In this document: positions 58,540 to 64,000 of the stretch, piece after piece
Layout of the letters: every line of letters starts with the position of its first letter
Position numbering within the stretch: the first letter of the stretch is position 1
From: Chloroflexota bacterium
GTDB lineage: Bacteria > Chloroflexota > Limnocylindria > Limnocylindrales > CSP1-4
Length of the DNA stretch: 64,000 nt
Reading direction: 5' to 3'
Assembly: GCA_017881915.1 (NCBI GenBank)
Contig: JADGQK010000002.1
Span: forward strand, 18,326-82,325
Translations under genes and position numbers: made by a program
Notes under the pieces: generated by a model
Told to the model about the DNA's origin: nothing
The model's input: the letters and a program-made list of their open reading frames with translations, nothing else
Databases searched by the model: none

Positions 58540-59088
58540 CTAGCGGCCGGTCCGGAACGGCTCGCCGTGGCCCGGGATCACGACGTCGGCCGCGGCCAGG
58601 ATCCGGGCGCGGCTCGCTTCGAGGATCGCCTGGTTGGGCGCAAACGGGTCGAGCTCGGGCGTCCGGTCGGCGCGCCACCAGGCGTGGGTCATGGCGTACG
58701 TCCCGTCCTCCGCCGCGACGATCAACGAGGCATCCTCGTCGGTGTGGCCGGGCGTCAGCCAGAGCTGCGTGTTCGGTGAAAGCCGGTAGCCGTCACCGTC
58801 GTGATCGAGCCATTCGTCACCGATATAGCGGGCCCAGAAGTCGACGACCTCGGCCTCCGGGAACAGGGCAACGTTGATCGTGTGGTCGGGATGGTGGTGC
58901 GACAGGAACACGTGGCTGATCGACTCGGGGGCGATCCCCAGCGCAGCGAGCGGGTCGAGGATCAGGGACCGCCGGGCGACCATCCCGGGATCAACCACGA
59001 TCCGGGCGTCGCCGTCGAGGACCAGCACGACGCTGCTGGCGACCCGATCGCCGGCATAACCGGCGTGGAGCAGATGGACGGTGGCCAT
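58540..59088 (-). CDS. Metallo-beta-lactamase fold hydrolase
   Basis: VVDPG, SHHHPDH (HxHxDH), TPGHT and IPGHG motifs. Confidence 0.9.
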   Translation of the reverse strand: MATVHLLHAGYAGDRVASSVVLVLDGDARIVVDPGMVARRSLILDPLAALGIAPESISHVFLSHHHPDHTINVALFPEAEVVDFWARYIGDEWLDHDGDGYRLSPNTQLWLTPGHTDEDASLIVAAEDGTYAMTHAWWRADRTPELDPFAPNQAILEASRARILAAADVVIPGHGEPFRTGR

Positions 59089-59129
59089 CGACCCATGATA
59101 GGTGCTCACCTGCGCCCGTTCGCGCCTGA

Positions 59130-59705
59130 TCAGCGAGCGCTGGTGACGATCCGCGATCGCAGGATCTGGTGATGGAGGCCCCGCAGGCGCCAGGCGAGGA
59201 TCAGGTTGGTGATCCCGAAGACGATCGCCCATGCCCCCACGATCCAGACGAGGGACAGCAGGCCGCTGCCCGGGAAGACCGCGATGAAGATCCCGAACAG
59301 GATCGTGAGCAGACCGCCGACCACGAGCCAGAGCTCCCCGGCGATCTCCCGGCGCAGGTGGATTGCCGCGATCACCTGGACGGCCCCCAGGCTGATCGCC
59401 CAGAACGCCGCGAGGTAGAGCAGCGCCAGCGCCGTGATCGCCGGAGACAGGACCGTGACGACGGCCACCGCCACCCCAAGGACGCCCATCAGCGCGACGC
59501 TCCAGCCATGCCCACGGGTTCCCGGCTCACCGCGCAGCAACGAAACGAGGAGGGCGATCCCGTCGATCAGGACATACGCGGCGAACAAGGTCACGAGCAC
59601 GAGCAACGTGAGCCCGGGCCACAGGAAAGCCAGGATCCCGAAGGCAATCGCTGCGACCCCACGGATCTCGACCAGCCACCAGTTTCGCGCCAGCAGGTTG
59701 AGCAT
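59130..59705 (-). CDS. HdeD/DUF308 family membrane protein
   Basis: NWWLVEIRGVAAIAFG..WPGLT; six TM segments; AGGAGG RBS. Confidence 0.9.
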   Translation of the reverse strand: MLNLLARNWWLVEIRGVAAIAFGILAFLWPGLTLLVLVTLFAAYVLIDGIALLVSLLRGEPGTRGHGWSVALMGVLGVAVAVVTVLSPAITALALLYLAAFWAISLGAVQVIAAIHLRREIAGELWLVVGGLLTILFGIFIAVFPGSGLLSLVWIVGAWAIVFGITNLILAWRLRGLHHQILRSRIVTSAR

Positions 59706-59796
59706 CGTCCGCCTCCTCGCAGGAGGGTACGCCACAAGCCTGCCACTGTCCGGTCGTCCGGCTGGCAAGATGGGGCCTCGGCAACGGAGGCGAAGA

Positions 59797-60603
59797 ATGC
59801 AGGTCAGGGCCCTCGATCATGTTCAGGTCGCGATGCCGGAAGGCGGTGAGCCAGCGGCCCGCAGGTTCTACGGTGGACTCCTGGGGTTGTTGGAGGTGGC
59901 CAAGCCGGCCGCCCTGGCCGGTCGCGGTGGCTGCTGGTTCGTGGGGTCCGGGATCCAGCTCCACCTGGGCGTCGAGCGACCGTTCAGCCCGGCGGGCAAG
60001 GCTCACCCGGCCTTCGCCGTCGACGACCTCGAGGTGGCTCGGGCTGATCTCGCCGGGGCCGGTGTTCCGATCACGGATGACGGCCTGGAGGTCGGCTTCC
60101 GGCGGTTCTACGCGCAGGATCCGTTCGGCAACCGGCTCGAATTCGTCAGCCGGGCCGATGGCAGCCGAGTCGAGGCTCCGCTCCTGGAGCGCGGCGAGTT
60201 CCAGATCAGCACGGATCCCTCCCGGCTCGATCGGGCGTGGTTGGTCGAAGCCTTGTCGGAACGGGCGTATTGGGCGCTGGGCCGATCAACCGCGGTCATT
60301 GAGCGATCGATCGAGCGTTCGATCTGCTACGGCGTGTACCAGGGAACCCGGCAGGTTGGCTTCGCCCGGGTCGTGACCGATCAGGCGACCTTTGCCTGGC
60401 TGTGCGACGTGTTCATCGACGAGGCATGGCGCGGTCAGGGCCTGGGTGGCTGGCTGATCGAGTCGATCGTGGCCGACCCACGCCTGGCCACCACTGGCCG
60501 GTTGGTCCTGGCGACCCGGGACGCACAGGAACTGTATCAACGGCACGGGGGCTTTGGCCCGCTGCCCAACCCCGAACGCTGGATGGCCCGGGTCCGGGTC
60601 TGA
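59797..60603 (+). CDS. VOC (glyoxalase) - GNAT acetyltransferase fusion
   Basis: LDHVQVAMP...KAHPAF...DPFGNRLE, then ISTDPSRLD...GFARVVTD...WRGQGLG...LATRDAQELY. Confidence 0.85.
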   Translation: MQVRALDHVQVAMPEGGEPAARRFYGGLLGLLEVAKPAALAGRGGCWFVGSGIQLHLGVERPFSPAGKAHPAFAVDDLEVARADLAGAGVPITDDGLEVGFRRFYAQDPFGNRLEFVSRADGSRVEAPLLERGEFQISTDPSRLDRAWLVEALSERAYWALGRSTAVIERSIERSICYGVYQGTRQVGFARVVTDQATFAWLCDVFIDEAWRGQGLGGWLIESIVADPRLATTGRLVLATRDAQELYQRHGGFGPLPNPERWMARVRV

Positions 60604-60675
60604 CCGGTCGTGCCTGCCGGATCGCCTGAAGGGCTTGCGGCCGGCTCTCCTCGGGCCGGCCGCCTGTGCGCTCGT

Positions 60676-61518
60676 TTACGGGGTCAAGCCGGGGATCGAG
60701 AACGGCTTGTCGCTGACCTGGTCGGCCGGCGGGGCTGCGATCGTCACAGCCGCGTCGTACTTGGTCAGGTCGATGGTCAAGGTCAGGTTGCCCTGGCTGG
60801 CGGCATCGATGACGATCACCAGCCGGCTCGGCCGGAGATCCGACTTCTGGGACCACAGGTCGACCGTAAGCGTGCCTGACGAGTCGCCCAGCAGGCCGCT
60901 CGCCTGCGGGACGTCCGAGCTCGAGACCTTCTCCTGCACGTGATAGCAATCCTGCCCGTTGACCGTCTCGTCGGCCAGCTTGGTCGGCGCGGGCAGCTTG
61001 GCCAGCTCGGCCTGCACGGCCGAGATCATCGCCGAGGCCTGGGCCGGATCGGGCGACCCGCCGAGGCCCAGGCTGGGGATGGGCAGGGCGCTGGTCAGGG
61101 CGGCCGTGTCGAGCTTCGAGTACTGGGCGCCGCTCAGGCTGGTCTTGATGTAGGCAACGCCGCCGACTTCGACCAGGTTTGCGCTGAACGCCAGGAGGGC
61201 CGGCACGCTGACCGCAACCTGGGCCGCGCTGTTCGTGACGTCGAGATCGCCGGAGATGGTCGTACCCGACAGGTCGAGGTTCGCCGAGCTCGAGCCGGCC
61301 GCAGGACTCGCGTCGGAGCTGGCCCCGGTGAGACCGCCGGTGTTGATGCTGCCGGTCACGGCGACGTTGAAGTGAAGGCTCTTGAGGTTCTGCAGCGAGC
61401 TGGTCGTGTTGGTCAGGATCAGCTTGGGGTCGGACAGGACCGGGGCGGCCGGCGTGCTGCTGCAGGCGGCGATGGCGATCGCGGCGACCGCCAGGAGCGA
61501 GAGGAGTCGACGAGGCAT
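60676..61518 (-). CDS. Lipoprotein, LppX/LprAFG-like
   Basis: Signal peptide with lipobox IAAC; KSLHF..., ETVNGQDCYHV and C-terminal VTIAAPP. Confidence 0.78.
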   Translation of the reverse strand: MPRRLLSLLAVAAIAIAACSSTPAAPVLSDPKLILTNTTSSLQNLKSLHFNVAVTGSINTGGLTGASSDASPAAGSSSANLDLSGTTISGDLDVTNSAAQVAVSVPALLAFSANLVEVGGVAYIKTSLSGAQYSKLDTAALTSALPIPSLGLGGSPDPAQASAMISAVQAELAKLPAPTKLADETVNGQDCYHVQEKVSSSDVPQASGLLGDSSGTLTVDLWSQKSDLRPSRLVIVIDAASQGNLTLTIDLTKYDAAVTIAAPPADQVSDKPFSIPGLTP

Positions 61519-61780
61519 GGGCATTCTCCAGGTCAGTGCTTGAATGACGAGTGCCGGGTTAGGGTAGCCGTAGTCGTGAGACGGGTCTACTGCCGGGATG
61601 TTGCGGTCCGGCCGCCGGTCCGGCCATGACCCGATGGAGCCATCGGGCCGGCCTGCTCGGCCGGGACTTACGCCGCGAGGTCGGAGTCGAGGGGTCGGAG
61701 TAGAGTCGACCGGGCGAGGTCCGGCCGCGTTTGGAGACGTTGGTGGCCGCGCCTTGGTGAAACCCGTGCACAGGATGGCC

Positions 61781-62401
61781 ATGATCGATTTCGACTTGGT
61801 CCGGCACGGACGGCTCGAGCTCAACGACCTCGCCCGAGGCCTGACCCCTGCTGCCCTTGCCGCAGCCAGCCGGGCGATGACGGCCGACCTCATCGGACGG
61901 CTGCGCGCCGGCATTGACGAGGACGTGACCTTCGTGCCGGACGACCCAGGCGCCGACGATTCATTCGCCGTCGATGCGGCCGAGGCCGGCCTTGCCTGGA
62001 CGCTCGGCCATGTCATCGTGCACGTCACGGCGAGTGCCGAAGAGGCCGCCTGCCTGGCCGCCGAGCTCGCCCGCGGCGTGGAGCACCATGGCCGGTCGCG
62101 CTACGAGGTCCCGTGGCCGGCGATCGTGACGATCGTGGCCTGTCGCGACCGGTTGCGGGAAAGTGAGCGGATGATCCTGGCCACCCTCGGGACCTGGCCG
62201 GACGAACCCCATCTCGAGGTGGCATACACGACGTCCAGAGGGTCGTTGCGCAATGCGCCGGCCCGTTTCCTGGGCGGCCTGCTCCATGCTGATTCGCACC
62301 GTGGGCAGGTTTCGGAGATCCTGCGCCAGGCCAGCGTCGCCAGAGCCAGCAGCGCATCAGCGGAGACCGCCCCCGGTGATCGGCCGGTGAGCTGTGGATA
62401 A
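61781..62401 (+). CDS. DinB/YfiT-like family protein
   Basis: WTLGHVIVH and HADSHRGQ His motifs; start at 61775 or 61781. Confidence 0.78.
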   Translation: MIDFDLVRHGRLELNDLARGLTPAALAAASRAMTADLIGRLRAGIDEDVTFVPDDPGADDSFAVDAAEAGLAWTLGHVIVHVTASAEEAACLAAELARGVEHHGRSRYEVPWPAIVTIVACRDRLRESERMILATLGTWPDEPHLEVAYTTSRGSLRNAPARFLGGLLHADSHRGQVSEILRQASVARASSASAETAPGDRPVSCG

Positions 62402-62435
62402 TCGCGGGTGGAGCCGGCCAGCCTAGCCTTCGGCA

Positions 62436-64000
62436 ATGTTGGCCTCGGTCCTCTCGGCAACCCTGCACGGGATCGACGGCCGGGTGATTCGGGTCGAGGT
62501 GGATGTGGCCCCCGGCCTGCCCGGCTTCTCGATCGTCGGCCTGGCCGATGCTTCGCTCCAGGAGGCCCGCGAACGGGTGCGCGGCGCGATCCGGAACAGC
62601 GGCCTGGTCTTCCCACCGCGCCGGATCACGGTCAACCTGGCTCCGGCTGACCTGCGCAAGACCGGAGCATCGCTCGATGCTGCGATCGCCGTCGGGATCC
62701 TGCTTGGCTCGGAGCAGGCCCGGGCGAACGGCGCCTGGGCGCTGATCGGCGAGCTGTCGCTCGGTGGCGAGCTCCGGCGGGTACCCGGCATCCTGTCCAT
62801 GGTCCTGGCACTGGCCCGCCGCGGCGTGGCTCGCGTCGTCGTTCCCGCGGAGTCGGCCGCCGAGGCCGGGCTGGTCGATCGGATCGAGATCCATCCCGCC
62901 GCCGACCTGGCCGGGGCACTCGGGGCGATCCGCTCCGGTCGGGCAGCCCGGCCACGGGTGAATCCCGCGCGGGTGGACCTCGTGGGGCCGAGCGCCGGGA
63001 GCTCGTCCCGGGAGGGACCGACCAGCGCAGCGGGACCGCTGGTCGACGCACCCGATCTCGAGGAAGTCCGCGGCCAGGCCGTTGCCCGGCGAGCGCTCGA
63101 GATCGCGCTGGCCGGCGGGCACGCACTCCTGCTCGTGGGCCCGCCGGGATCCGGCAAGACGCTCCTGGCCCGGACGATTCCGGGCCTGCTGCCGCCGCTC
63201 GATCCGGCTGATGCCCTGACGACGACGGCGATCCGTTCGGCGGCGGGGGAGGGACCGATCCTCGAGCTGGACACGCGCCGGCCGTTTCGAGCCCCGCACC
63301 ACACGATCTCCTACGCCGGGATGGTCGGCGGCGGTCCGGTCCTGGCGCCGGGCGAGGTAACCCGCGCCCACCAGGGCGTGCTCTTCCTGGACGAACTGCC
63401 GGAATTCGGGCGGGATGTCCTCGAGGCACTGCGTCAACCCATCGAGGAGGGCCGCGTGGCGATCGTCCGGGTCGGGCGCTCGCTGATCCTGCCGGCCCGG
63501 TTCCAGCTCATCGCCGCGATGAACCCCTGCCCGTGCGGCGGTGCGCTCGGGATCGAGGCTGCCTGTCGATGCCGGACCGGCGTTCCCGAGCGCTATGCCG
63601 GGCGTGTCTCGGGACCGCTCCGCGATCGGATCGACCTGTGGGTGGAGATGCCGCGGGTCCCGCCGGGCAGCCTGGTCGGGGAGACGACGGGCGAGGCCTC
63701 GGCGCCGGTCGCGCTCCGGATCGCGGCTCTGCGGCAATTCCAGATGGAGCGTCGAGGCAGCCTGAATGGCGGCCTGAGCGGGAGCAGGCTGCGGCTCGCC
63801 TGTCAGCTCGGGGCACGCGAGCGATCGCGGGTCGTCAACCTTGCCGAGGGTCTCGACCTGTCCGCACGCGGTGTCGAGCGGCTGCTCAGGGCGGCGCGCA
63901 CGATTGCCGACCTCGACGCTGCCGAGCGGGTGGGGCTGGCTCACCTCGACGAGGCCGGCCGGTTTCGCGCTCTCGGCGTGCGCTCACCGCTGCAGATCGC
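62436..64000 (+). CDS. comM: ComM/YifB Mg-chelatase-like AAA+ ATPase (partial, runs off the window end)
   Basis: Translated by hand because it is absent from the ORF track: VEVDVAPGLPGFSIVGL, ERVRGAIRNSG, VNLAPADLRK, GPPGSGKT, RPFRAPHH, LDELPEF, AAMNPCPCG, SGPLRDRID. Confidence 0.93.
   Translation, partial: MLASVLSATLHGIDGRVIRVEVDVAPGLPGFSIVGLADASLQEARERVRGAIRNSGLVFPPRRITVNLAPADLRKTGASLDAAIAVGILLGSEQARANGAWALIGELSLGGELRRVPGILSMVLALARRGVARVVVPAESAAEAGLVDRIEIHPAADLAGALGAIRSGRAARPRVNPARVDLVGPSAGSSSREGPTSAAGPLVDAPDLEEVRGQAVARRALEIALAGGHALLLVGPPGSGKTLLARTIPGLLPPLDPADALTTTAIRSAAGEGPILELDTRRPFRAPHHTISYAGMVGGGPVLAPGEVTRAHQGVLFLDELPEFGRDVLEALRQPIEEGRVAIVRVGRSLILPARFQLIAAMNPCPCGGALGIEAACRCRTGVPERYAGRVSGPLRDRIDLWVEMPRVPPGSLVGETTGEASAPVALRIAALRQFQMERRGSLNGGLSGSRLRLACQLGARERSRVVNLAEGLDLSARGVERLLRAARTIADLDAAERVGLAHLDEAGRFRALGVRSPLQI

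Overview
This is a gene-dense, high-GC (roughly 70% by eye) bacterial chromosomal segment. It is most consistent with a Chloroflexota genome, possibly Limnocylindria-like; that is inferred from protein style and was not checked. It holds about 60 CDS and one tRNA-Met(CAT). The main blocks are: an fhaA-fhaB-rodA-pbpA cell-wall cluster; a GH63 hydrolase; a MoxR-DUF58-transglutaminase operon; a three-gene serine biosynthesis operon; a small accessory islet (VapBC-type toxin-antitoxin pair, a gene remnant, a SnoaL protein) next to rarA; and a GGDEF/HD-GYP sensor. DNA repair and recombination genes are numerous (rarA, an AdnB-like helicase-nuclease, mrfAB, uvrD2, comM), alongside murI, ychF, ftsB, ftsH, ppa, thpR and tyrA. 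I found no integrase, transposase, prophage or CRISPR array. The most unusual items are: a DnaB paralog lacking the N-terminal domain; two orphan receiver-CpaE/TadZ proteins with complementary degenerate motifs; a small zinc-ribbon protein with tandem RxxxR repeats (candidate c-di-GMP binder); a BldC-like HTH protein ending in a clamp-binding-like motif; and a widespread leaderless-promoter architecture (TANNNT 6-8 nt before start codons). No single clearly novel multi-gene system can be proven from sequence alone. All family assignments come from motif recognition, not database searches.
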